Of a DNA stretch of 64,000 nucleotides, positions 47,501-55,400 are shown in pieces. Under the pieces are notes generated by a model that was not told the DNA's origin, did not search any database, and saw only the letters and a list, made by a program, of their open reading frames with translations. This stretch comes from a virus: the IMG/VR virus record IMGVR_UViG_3300042311_000920, positions 1-64,000 of that record, one strand, 5' to 3'. A program made the translations under genes and the position numbers. How positions within the stretch are numbered: the first letter of the stretch is position 1; each line of letters opens with the position of its first letter.

Positions 47501-49030
47501 AAATACCCCTGGGAAATATTCGGCACCGGCGTATAACAATCCGGCCAATAGTTTTTCGCCATCGGAATACACTCTTCCAAAAGGTTTTTTGGCATCTTCC
47601 TCAAGTTGATTTATTTTTTGACCTCCTGACGAAGCACTTACCGCGACAAGCCCTGTTGTTCCGCCAAGATAAATAGAAGCAAGTATTGGTATTTGTTCGG
47701 CACCTAATTGAAAAACGAATGAACCAAGATCAGACCAACTGTTTATTTGAGAAGCTTTGTAGCGGTAAAATTGCGTATTATCTTTTTCGGCTTCGTTCAT
47801 AAGTTCGCTACCGATTTCAGACATAGCGTTTAAAGGCGTTGACATTTCCTCTTGATTGAGATTATTTGCTGCAAACTTTAATCCTTCCGAAGCTAGTTTT
47901 ACAGTTCCTCCTACAATATATTTAGCACTGTTTTTAAGTAATGAGGTTTCTTTTTCGAAGTCATTGTAATTGTACTTAAATAACTCAAGTTTTTCTTGGT
48001 CGGTATTTGCTTTTTGTAAATAATTGTCGAAGTTTTTGGCAAGGTATTCTAGTCCTTTGATTGCTTGTTTTGCCTTTTCTCTTACATCTTCCAATTCCTT
48101 AAATCTATCTCCTGATACGCCATTTTTCTTCTCTTCTGGAGTAAGGCTTGCGTAAAAATTATCAAGTTCTTGCATTTGTGCTTTATAAACTTCGGCACTT
48201 GCTACTGCGGAGCGTAACGCGTCGTTACTTCGTAATGATTCTAGTTTCAATTCTTTCCAAACGCCTTCTCTGTCGTAACCACTTGGTAAAGCTTCGTCGA
48301 TAAGTTGAATCATTTGCTCTTGCATGTCTTTTTCAATAAAAAGTTGCTTGGCACGTTCAGATATTATTTCGTCATTTATAACAACGCTTTTGTCTGATTT
48401 TTTTTCTTGCTCTAAATCTTTTAAGGCTTGTTTTTTTTCGCGTTCAAGAGGAACGTATTTTTTAGCACGAAAATCCTTGTTGCCACCCAATAACGTATTA
48501 ACCAAAGTTAATGGAGTACCTACCGAAGTATTGTAGGCGTTTTTAAATCCTTGAGCAATCTTATCAGTCCATTGATTATTATCAACTTCGTCGTTTATTT
48601 TTTTAAGAGAATTTTCTTTACTGACGTTTTGCTTGGCGTATTCAAAAGCTTTATTGGCTACTTCAAGGTTTTTATTTTGAGCAGAAGTAGGTTTTAAGGT
48701 TTTTGTTTTTCCATCAATGGTTTTGTATTCGTTCTTGAAAACATTTGGTTGAGTAATTTGTTCTGTGAAGGTATCACGTTTTGCACCAACCGAAGAACCA
48801 TTTTGAGGTGCCGATTCCGATTTTGTTTTTGGAACAGCAGAAACGGATTCGTCTTTTTTTTTTATATCGCCAAAAACTACCTGGTTTTTATATTCAGGAT
48901 ATTTTTCAATCATTTTTTGAGCCAACAAAACATCGTCCACATCTTTATATTGTGGATATTTTTCTTTAACTTTTTTAGAAAATTCTTGTGGCGAAATTGG
49001 ATTTTTGCCTTGTGGTTCGTTTTCTTGCAT
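41537..49030 (-). CDS. Large polyvalent internal virion (ejection) protein with ART-like and ddrB/ParB-like domains
   Basis: HGTPHDFDKF..DKIGTGEG.QAFGWGLYF (ART-PolyVal-like); ASH...NDRDY...PVV..DG...DGNNR (ParB-like); last gene of the virion module. Confidence 0.8.
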   Translation of the reverse strand: MQENEPQGKNPISPQEFSKKVKEKYPQYKDVDDVLLAQKMIEKYPEYKNQVVFGDIKKKDESVSAVPKTKSESAPQNGSSVGAKRDTFTEQITQPNVFKNEYKTIDGKTKTLKPTSAQNKNLEVANKAFEYAKQNVSKENSLKKINDEVDNNQWTDKIAQGFKNAYNTSVGTPLTLVNTLLGGNKDFRAKKYVPLEREKKQALKDLEQEKKSDKSVVINDEIISERAKQLFIEKDMQEQMIQLIDEALPSGYDREGVWKELKLESLRSNDALRSAVASAEVYKAQMQELDNFYASLTPEEKKNGVSGDRFKELEDVREKAKQAIKGLEYLAKNFDNYLQKANTDQEKLELFKYNYNDFEKETSLLKNSAKYIVGGTVKLASEGLKFAANNLNQEEMSTPLNAMSEIGSELMNEAEKDNTQFYRYKASQINSWSDLGSFVFQLGAEQIPILASIYLGGTTGLVAVSASSGGQKINQLEEDAKKPFGRVYSDGEKLLAGLLYAGAEYFPGVFGTARILKDLEKTVSAASTASRRMFTDSFLKTTYKGLGKTAYNVGLEGGTELITAEGQITIDQELLGVVRTQAEKNEMRFESGVAGGLMGGVMTMTGGLIGLGVTQSKLYSDKKDIAEVQKIFSQINAINDEIENNQNLTDAERKDLYQQNNKLNNEAFAIVEKNAKKGIELPIQAKSFLVEVNQRQTDLKAKAKEVSNSNFSESIKKAKIKELENEFNSLEEKRNSTLEGGYNSLTELSDKEVVRLKNLASRELMKEKNPDGTKTVKIEDAEIVKRAVQIYNSEVRESNNRQINEVNDNAVLEENNETIPNPSQIKNPLMDVESTSNALRDVNSNADYNRIDGELYNKWKDLNGKVSKMDKSSNEYNAAKKELDAADKDLSDFRSNNKDLILEHGTPHDFDKFQLDKIGTGEGNQAFGWGLYFTESNKIAKQYAEKLSTDKEGKVYKVTVKDGRTKDWLEWRDALDNSQAEKISKVVASKKAEYEKYLSETENDKSHTGAAESLFNEDLVIDERPLQAGAVYSDLADAFGQKEATRIMVEVGIDGVRFKSNAGKGEAYNYVVFNPESIFIIEKSKSESLLSKEQPTPTTQSESVAVENVEAKIDVSGIGTENYKNKKSQVVGRKREITIADGSKIKGQYKVVSADDILASHNEDNFSKTNGYPVNERGETINDRDYEKDKNAQVEVVKIAQDYDGRAIQQTPVVTTDGIAVDGNNRVMSRKLAAKKGTDTKYKEALIQDADMYGIDPDAISAIKNPIMVFEAERNLPYTTETLSKFNKQDKKEKSSAGKAVEYSKTLSDKTKRQIAEVYDSAERPSDVTSDPKSVKQLRDILLNDNIIQSNEIPRYFDVDKNVMTKEGVSLMENIALGSVFNEKTINTLSIQGMGDIRNKILQSLVGLINNGKLDSAYQLGNEIAKAIEVIYQLKTTKQTIEEYLDQPDIFGEKFTPNIDEYAVILAISDAGFKKWLQNYNNNVGQPDIFKVEDEGITTKRDKSNETISDRKKQVPNNLRSDAVVDAKEDGPENGVIEGEVIEQQPNQEDVEKPNEEVGPSIEDNNEFDNSDLEDDSEAISQGFLGSSNQNQRDLLLSDNGPVKFRFPFQRYFKRVWANTFKSNSGLNNTTAEVVRSRNRTIAAFSDHINSEVNAFHKIIKAVKNLDKNNINNNLLSINDYLAGEKGADVSFLSQEQINQLDYFRERINGLSTALVDILEDNLSKMKNQNSIDSTQNLIDTIKANMDTYITRNYQIFSDDNYRDIITGDFKNISKEGQLRIRNAINFLIREEGMSRNEATEAVAEYLADIRKGKSDFQLSSNGNAVSNFFKKRKNIPLEFRELLGESKDPVYNYVNTVYKISQYLGNIEYQSKLRENLIANNIASTEAKLGYVKLADGDGWKILNDIYVPVEFKEAFEDMQPLKTIESGFYKAWIKIAGYVKLNKTVLSPTTTARNLISGVFLGANSGHLFLMKPERIAEAFNQALTTKISQTQLFDERQKLIKLGVLGDGANSGELMAVLNDFSKEVDRMISKNTTEKVFDFAKKLYAFGDDFYKVAGFYIETDNFIKSGMSKAEAEKKAAYRINNGYPTYSYLPKNMQRLRRVPLVGTFVSFPYEAIRTTKNNLLFVKEDIEAGRNKMAFQRATGMIVANATLSGLSMLTMSMLGISDEDDDAIRDMLPEWQINSKLIYIGTKNGKPMFIDGTAFFASETLMKPISTLFEQRAGRDFDNKLKQSLNEILSPYISQDISFKTLISVSENENEYNQKIYQSNNLFDAIINEPNKIINFLMKQAGPGVYNNATEFMRANEIGSQYVGDKFSSYGKEYTNQEALLGLFGMRLSVINYSAAMSSFAYQVKDSESADKSSASKLVKTSKLLEKDEVESIVKDYAKYHEVNYKKMLNIVNAGKKMGMTDDDIEVSLKSSKLSNKAINDLLKNKIPELTPLSTQSIKQFKQKIAINYKGDKNIKKILVNFYKNKELFKKEIEKYNKINNKPSN

Positions 49031-49039
49031 GGTTATTTC

Positions 49040-50482
49040 TTATAATCCCAACCCTAAAGGGTCGTTGTTATTTGTAGTTGTGTTTTTTTTAAAACCTCCT
49101 AGTTTATCCCTAAATTCATCAATAGTTTTTACAAATTCCCCTGTTTCTGGGTCTTTAAATCTTTGAACAAAATAAGCTACTTCGTCAGCTTCCTTTTTTG
49201 AATTATATGTTTTTTTGACAATTCTATTATTTCCAGTTTCATCTTTTTCAGAAATATCTACTGTAACATTGACAGATCCATCTTTTGAAATAGAGAACGA
49301 TCTTAAACTTTCTTTTGCTGTACCTGTTTCTCTAACTATTTTTATATTTCCTTGATACACTTGTTCTTTTACATCGCCTTTTTTTATTACGTTGCCTTTA
49401 GAGTCTTTAGTTACATCACGTTTTACGGCTGTCTGTTTTAAGTCTGACATAGAAAAATCTTTTGACTTACCGCTTCCTGTTTTTTCTTTGTTGTCTTTGG
49501 CTTGTTTTCTCGCTCTTTCTGCTGCTGCATTTATAGCGGAGTTATCAACCTTCGTAGTGTTTTCAGTGTCTTTGGTGTCAAGCATTATTCTAGTAGCCTT
49601 AGCTTCCATTTCGTCAAGAACTGCTTGTGGAACGTTTTTCCAATCCGATATTCTTTTGTTTTCGTAAATCCAAGATTTTGCTATGGGTGTCAAATTTCCG
49701 CTTGGGTCGTATAAACTAGCCTTTGCGGTTCTTTGTGCAAATTCAATTGGCGTGAATTTTTTAGTATTTTCTACAAAGTTCCTGTCAGTACCTATTTTAG
49801 TTGAACCTAATTTTTCTCCTAATCCCTGAAATGTAGTAGTGAAATTTACTTTTGGAATAAGTTCCCCTAGCATTTGTCCCGAAATTATTTTATCGTAGGA
49901 TAGAATATCTGGCTTACCGTCGCCTTTACCATCAACACCGTCTTTGTCCCATAATCCAATCATAGGCATCATGTCGTCGTCAAGCTCAAATGATGAATAA
50001 CCTTCTGAAAGGCTATGAAGCATTTTTAATTGTTTTTCTGTTGGCTGAATTTCTCCTTTCGCTACTTTGTCTTGAAACGCTGTCATTTCAGCCACAAAAG
50101 CTTCGTTAGACATTTTTATGTAATCAGCAAGGTTGTCTAGTTTTTTATCCTGAATCATAAGGCTAGCATATTCCTCATTTGAAATTCCAGGCTTAAGTTT
50201 TTTGTAGATTTCTAATTTTTTGTCTTTTCCTTTCATCAACAACTGTGCGTTTATTTCGTCAACAGAGCGCACCTTAGTTGTAGCGATATCAAAATCTTTA
50301 ATTTTGCTTAGTCTTTTTTCATACTCTAACTGCTCTTTCTCTTTTTTTGCGTCTTGAATTTTAGCGATTTCCCTTTGCTCGGTTCTGTAATCAAAATCCA
50401 TTTTTTCCTGACCAGCTACCCAATCAGAAACATTACCTTGAAGTGGTTGTGCGCCTGCAAAAACATTGTTACTATTTGCCAT
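49040..50482 (-). CDS. Putative internal virion protein
   Basis: 480 aa, directly upstream of the large ejection protein. Confidence 0.6.
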   Translation of the reverse strand: MANSNNVFAGAQPLQGNVSDWVAGQEKMDFDYRTEQREIAKIQDAKKEKEQLEYEKRLSKIKDFDIATTKVRSVDEINAQLLMKGKDKKLEIYKKLKPGISNEEYASLMIQDKKLDNLADYIKMSNEAFVAEMTAFQDKVAKGEIQPTEKQLKMLHSLSEGYSSFELDDDMMPMIGLWDKDGVDGKGDGKPDILSYDKIISGQMLGELIPKVNFTTTFQGLGEKLGSTKIGTDRNFVENTKKFTPIEFAQRTAKASLYDPSGNLTPIAKSWIYENKRISDWKNVPQAVLDEMEAKATRIMLDTKDTENTTKVDNSAINAAAERARKQAKDNKEKTGSGKSKDFSMSDLKQTAVKRDVTKDSKGNVIKKGDVKEQVYQGNIKIVRETGTAKESLRSFSISKDGSVNVTVDISEKDETGNNRIVKKTYNSKKEADEVAYFVQRFKDPETGEFVKTIDEFRDKLGGFKKNTTTNNNDPLGLGL

Positions 50483-51201
50483 TAGAAATTGATTTGATTA
50501 GTTACCATATCTTTACGTCTCAATTGATTTCTAAATGTATCTTCATCAAAAATACTACTTAATGCAGAGTAAGGCGTACTGCTTGCAAATGGAACGCTCG
50601 CAGTTGGTAGTGGCGCATCAAATGGTACAACTACAACTCCGTTTGGATTCGTAGTGGCAGTTCCTTCTAATTGCATTCGTTCTGCAGGAGTGCCTTTAGC
50701 TGAATTAATATTTCTATTCGCATAAGCTAAACTACTTGCAACACCCATCATTCCGCTCCACATATCTTGATTTCCTGCTTGGATTTTAGAGCCAATAGCA
50801 TTGATGTTTTGAATATCTCTGTTTTCGGTAATTCCTTCGATACGTGAGTTATCTCCCGCAATAGCGTATTCACGATTAATAGCCTGGTCGTCGATAAGTT
50901 TAGCTGCTTGTTGGTTGATTTGATTTGTAGCACCTACTACTTTTGGAATAGCACCGATTATTGAACGTGAACCGCCTTGACGTGCCACATCAATAAGTCC
51001 TGCTGATGTACGTGCGTTTTCTTCACGAAGTAAATCTGAGCCATAAGTACTTAAGGAAATTTCTTTGAAAGCATTGTCAAGTTCTTGACGCTCGTATTCG
51101 CTTAGTTCTCGCTGACCTTCTTTTTTTTGCTTGGATCCTTGGTAGATTTGATACCCCGCCATCCCAACACCTAAAGCCGCCGATGTAATTGCTGCACACA
51201 T
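50482..51201 (-). CDS. Putative internal virion/ejection protein
   Basis: Gly/Ala-rich hydrophobic N-terminus and Gln-rich helices. Confidence 0.6.
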   Translation of the reverse strand: MCAAITSAALGVGMAGYQIYQGSKQKKEGQRELSEYERQELDNAFKEISLSTYGSDLLREENARTSAGLIDVARQGGSRSIIGAIPKVVGATNQINQQAAKLIDDQAINREYAIAGDNSRIEGITENRDIQNINAIGSKIQAGNQDMWSGMMGVASSLAYANRNINSAKGTPAERMQLEGTATTNPNGVVVVPFDAPLPTASVPFASSTPYSALSSIFDEDTFRNQLRRKDMVTNQINF

Positions 51202-51261
51202 AATTTTATAATTTTCCGTGATTCACATCACTGATTAATAGCTAAGTACTATTGTATTCTA

Positions 51262-51269
51262 CAAATGTA
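51262..51269 (-). promoter_or_regulatory. Bacteroidota -7 element
   Basis: TACATTTG on the minus strand upstream of the ejection genes. Confidence 0.45.
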
Positions 51270-51279
51270 TAAATAAAAT

Positions 51280-51681
51280 CTATAACTTGATTATCATTTC
51301 GGTTGTATTATTACTTCCTTTAGAATATCCGCACGCTTCGTAGTGTTTTATTAACCCTTGATGTTTTACTGATGTAAACACTGCCGAAAACCCCTTACGT
51401 TTTGCAATCTCGGTTAATTCTGAAATCAAAAATACAATTGCGTCTTTTCGGTCGCTCTCTCGGTAGTCAGGATTTGATACGATAAATTCCAGCCATGCTA
51501 GTTTTGAATTGGTAAAATATAAAAATCCCGCACAAATATCAATGCCGTCTTTCGTTACCATAATTCCACCAAGTCCGTCGTTAGGTAAATACTCTTTTTC
51601 GGGTGCAGAAAATCTAAAAAATTTCCACCACTTGCATAATTCAGGGTAATCGTTTTCGGTCAATGCTCTAATATTAAACAT
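51280..51681 (-). CDS. GNAT-like acetyltransferase in the virion module
   Basis: IRALTENDY...AKRKGF...YEACGY. Confidence 0.65.
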   Translation of the reverse strand: MFNIRALTENDYPELCKWWKFFRFSAPEKEYLPNDGLGGIMVTKDGIDICAGFLYFTNSKLAWLEFIVSNPDYRESDRKDAIVFLISELTEIAKRKGFSAVFTSVKHQGLIKHYEACGYSKGSNNTTEMIIKL

Positions 51682-52405
51682 AACTTTTCACTGAATTGGT
51701 TGATACTGCAAATAATTCTCCTGCCTCGGTATTAGTATTTGATAGTTCCACTTCCAAATAATAACCTCTCACTTCCTCGCCTTCAATACGGCTGTCTTTT
51801 TTAGCGAAAAAGTAAAAACCTACTTCGGGGTCGGTAACGATAATATCTACCGTTATTGTATTGTTTGTAGTGTTAATCGCTGTAATTTCTCCAATCTCTT
51901 CTTGTGCTTGTCCATTTAATTGAAATAAGATGTCGCCCACGGAAATTAAACTTGGAATAGTACTGAATGATACCAAGTTAGAAGCCGCCGCAGAAGCAAC
52001 ACCAATTCCTTGTGCAGCATTACCCGTCAACGCTCCCGACCGTTCATTTCCTCTAATAAAAGAAAATTGCCGACTTTCACGCGTATTGAAATTTGATGTT
52101 GTCAAACTGCTTTCGGTTAAGTTCGTAACGAGTGTAGCGTTCCATTTTTGATTTGATTCCAATACCAATGTTTTGAAAATCTTATCTTCGGTCATAGCGT
52201 CGTTAATCACTGTTTTTACAGAAGAGGCATATTGCGTTCCGTATAAGTTATTACGAACTGGATTTTCAACATCGTTATGAATCCAAAGTTGTCCGTTTTT
52301 AATTGTGAAAAATCGGTTGTTTAATCTCAAAAACAAATCAGGAATGTAGGACCAAAAACTATTCCAACCTTTATTTTTTTCGCTATGGCTAATTGTGTAC
52401 TGCAT
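51674..52405 (-). CDS. Tail stabilisation/nozzle protein, C-terminal part
   Basis: TISHSEKNKGWNSFWSYIP...DKIFKTL.LES...RGYYLEV.L. Confidence 0.6.
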   Translation of the reverse strand: MQYTISHSEKNKGWNSFWSYIPDLFLRLNNRFFTIKNGQLWIHNDVENPVRNNLYGTQYASSVKTVINDAMTEDKIFKTLVLESNQKWNATLVTNLTESSLTTSNFNTRESRQFSFIRGNERSGALTGNAAQGIGVASAAASNLVSFSTIPSLISVGDILFQLNGQAQEEIGEITAINTTNNTITVDIIVTDPEVGFYFFAKKDSRIEGEEVRGYYLEVELSNTNTEAGELFAVSTNSVKSYV

Positions 52406-52415
52406 ATCCTTGTTT

Positions 52416-55400
52416 TTAAATTGTTCCTGTGCTTAATATTGTTCCGTCTGAATCTATTTTCCACCACGTCACGCCGTCGTTGATAAATTTATTTGTTGAA
52501 GTCCATCCGTAGACTGTAAAATTCACATTGCCCAAAAAGTTTGTATAGAATTTTGCAGGTGAAGTCCCTAAAAACAAACCAATCGATTTTGTCGTTAAAT
52601 CCTTGTCTGCATCAACAAAAAATCCATAAACAAATTTATCTACACCGTCAAGTAATTCTTCTTCTGGAATAGGGCAAATGCCAGTAATAGACCATCCTGT
52701 CATTTCAAAAGGACCTGTTACAACTACTTTTATAGCTGTGGGTAGCGCAGTAGTTTTATTAAAATAAAGCACTCCGTTTCCGTCAGTCGGCTCTGTTAAG
52801 TTATCAGCAATATCATCTTGAATAACATCAATAGCTACCGTATCGCCCGTAGGCACAAAATCAGTTCCGTTGTAAGAAAGTACATCTAAGGTTCTTGGAC
52901 CTAATAAACCTCCAAAAGCAGGCGGTATTCCCGTAATGCCGTCGCCAACATATTTACTATCAGCGACCAATACATCATCGTAATACATTTGGAATCTATC
53001 AGGAATGTTTTCTGCGTTGTATTTTATTCCGGTGCGACCTACAGCGGTTCCTACATTTAATAAAAATTCATAAATACCCATTCCGCCACCAGCGTCTAGA
53101 CCTTCTGAACAAGACACTCCGATACTTATAATAACTTTCGCTACTGACGAGCACCCGTTATCAGTAACTTGATAAGTAAATTCATCATCAAAATTAGCAG
53201 TTCCGTCGTGTGTGTATGTAACGATTTGATCAAGATTTACGACAGCAGTTCCGTGTAATGGTTGTACGGTAATTTCTACAGTAGCATCTACTGAAACTTC
53301 ATCATTAGCCAACACATCAATTACAACCTCTCCACCTACTGTAACCGAAGCCGAATCGTTTGTAAGAACTGGATTTCTATCTGTATAATCCCAAATCAAA
53401 TATAATTTTTCTGACGTGGACGTTCGGTTGAAAATAAAATTACCTGATACGGTAGAAGAAAAATCTTCTTCGCCTGTTTCTGTTACTGTAATGAATTGCG
53501 TATCGGCATCGTTTATAATATCCAAGTAATCCGCCTCTTCGTAATCTGCATCACTGATTAAAAATCCAAGTCGGTTGCATTTGGTTAAATCAAGTTTTCC
53601 GCTGTTAGAACTATCTTTGAATGACTGAATTATCATTATGTCGTCGTTCGTAGGGAATGAGCCAACACCTTCTGTACCAATAATACTTTGAAATCTCGTA
53701 ACTGGACCTTCATTAAAAATATCATCATTTGAAATAAATGACGAAGACAATCTCCTAAATCGGTTTGTTATGGTTTGTTCGTTGTCTAAATTATCATTCA
53801 ATACCACCATTACAATTTCTAATTCCGTACCAATAGGACAAGTATTAAAAATAGAATAAGTAATTGGACCACCAATAGGAGTTACGATAATAGTTGCAAT
53901 ATTTTCAACCAAACTATTTCTAACAACTACAATATTTCCCGTACCTGTAACATTAGAAACCACGGTAGTTGCTTCATTAAATACTACTTGAATTGTAGCG
54001 TTTCCTGAAGTAATATTGTAGCTTAAAATAATATCTCCGCCAAGGTTATTCAATAGTAAATTATAACTAAACGGTACGTCCTGATTTGTTTTGATTACTT
54101 CATTTGAGCAATTAAACAGCGGTATTCTTTCAGGTTCATTTCCGATTGAAAATACGGTTTGTTCCAAAAACGGATCGAAGCCTGAAATAATTCTTGCGTT
54201 AGGTTGAGCAATGAATAAATCTCGAAAGAAAGATTTTACACCATAAACAATATCTTCGATACCATCAAGTGAAAGTCTACTTATTGAGCCATTTCTTATT
54301 GATGCAAATTTAATTCGTCCATCGTCGTCAACTGAAAAGCTTTCAGGGTTTTTTCCAATACCCCTATTCCCTTGATACGGCACCCATTGACCAAGTACTC
54401 CTGGAACAGAAGTTAATGCTGCATTACCGTCAGCTGTGAATATAGCGTCTTTGTCAAATAATACTTTTCCAGCCTTCTCTTCTTGCAGTACCACAATATC
54501 ATTTTGACGTGAATGTAACTTCTGAACACTTCCGTATTGCTTATCAAGGTCGTCTTTAAAATTAGCAGTTGATAAATTAAATACATTCAAACCATTAATA
54601 CTTGAACTTTCTACAAATGATTCGCTGTAAGTTAAATCTGCGGCACGTCTAATTTCTTTATACTCTTCAATCGAAGTAGAAGTTGGTTTTGTGTCAATGT
54701 TTAAATAATTTTTATTCAATCCGTCTTTCACACGGTAACTTTCGGCACCGTTTCCTTGAACGTAGCAATTAAAAAAATCTAATTCAAATTCAGCGGGAAG
54801 TAAATCAGTTTGGTTTTGTAAATTACCTAAGTGTTTGCCGTCAACAATGTCGTAAGACTGTTCGGTCTCGTAGTAAATTTCGTCTTCACTTTGTTTCGGT
54901 TCGGTTTCGAATATTACAAAGCCATCTACTAAACGTATGGTAACTGTACTTGTGAGAAAACCATTTCTACGACCTCCATTACCTGGAGTGATACCTTCTG
55001 AAATCATATATAAATAACCATCAGGGTCTGGAGTGTAGTCGTTTGCTCCTATCGGAATACCTCTAATTACAAAAACGTTGCTATACGCCTCCACTTCGTT
55101 TTCTTTAATAGATAAAGGCATATTTGGCAATACATTAGCATCAAACCATAGCTTAAAATTATCATAGTCAGAATCAGAAATATAAGTTTTTTCAAAAGTT
55201 TTTTTACCTCGACTACGTCCGTCGCTCTCTAGTTTAATTGTGATAACCGAACCTTGTGGTATTTTTAAGTCAACAATAGTAGTTCCGACTAATTTTGAAA
55301 AACCTTCATTCCTGACTACTGGACGACCTACCGGAGTGTATCTATTTTTTTCATTAAAGAAAAATTCATCAAGGGAGTAATCTATAAAAATTCCTTGTGG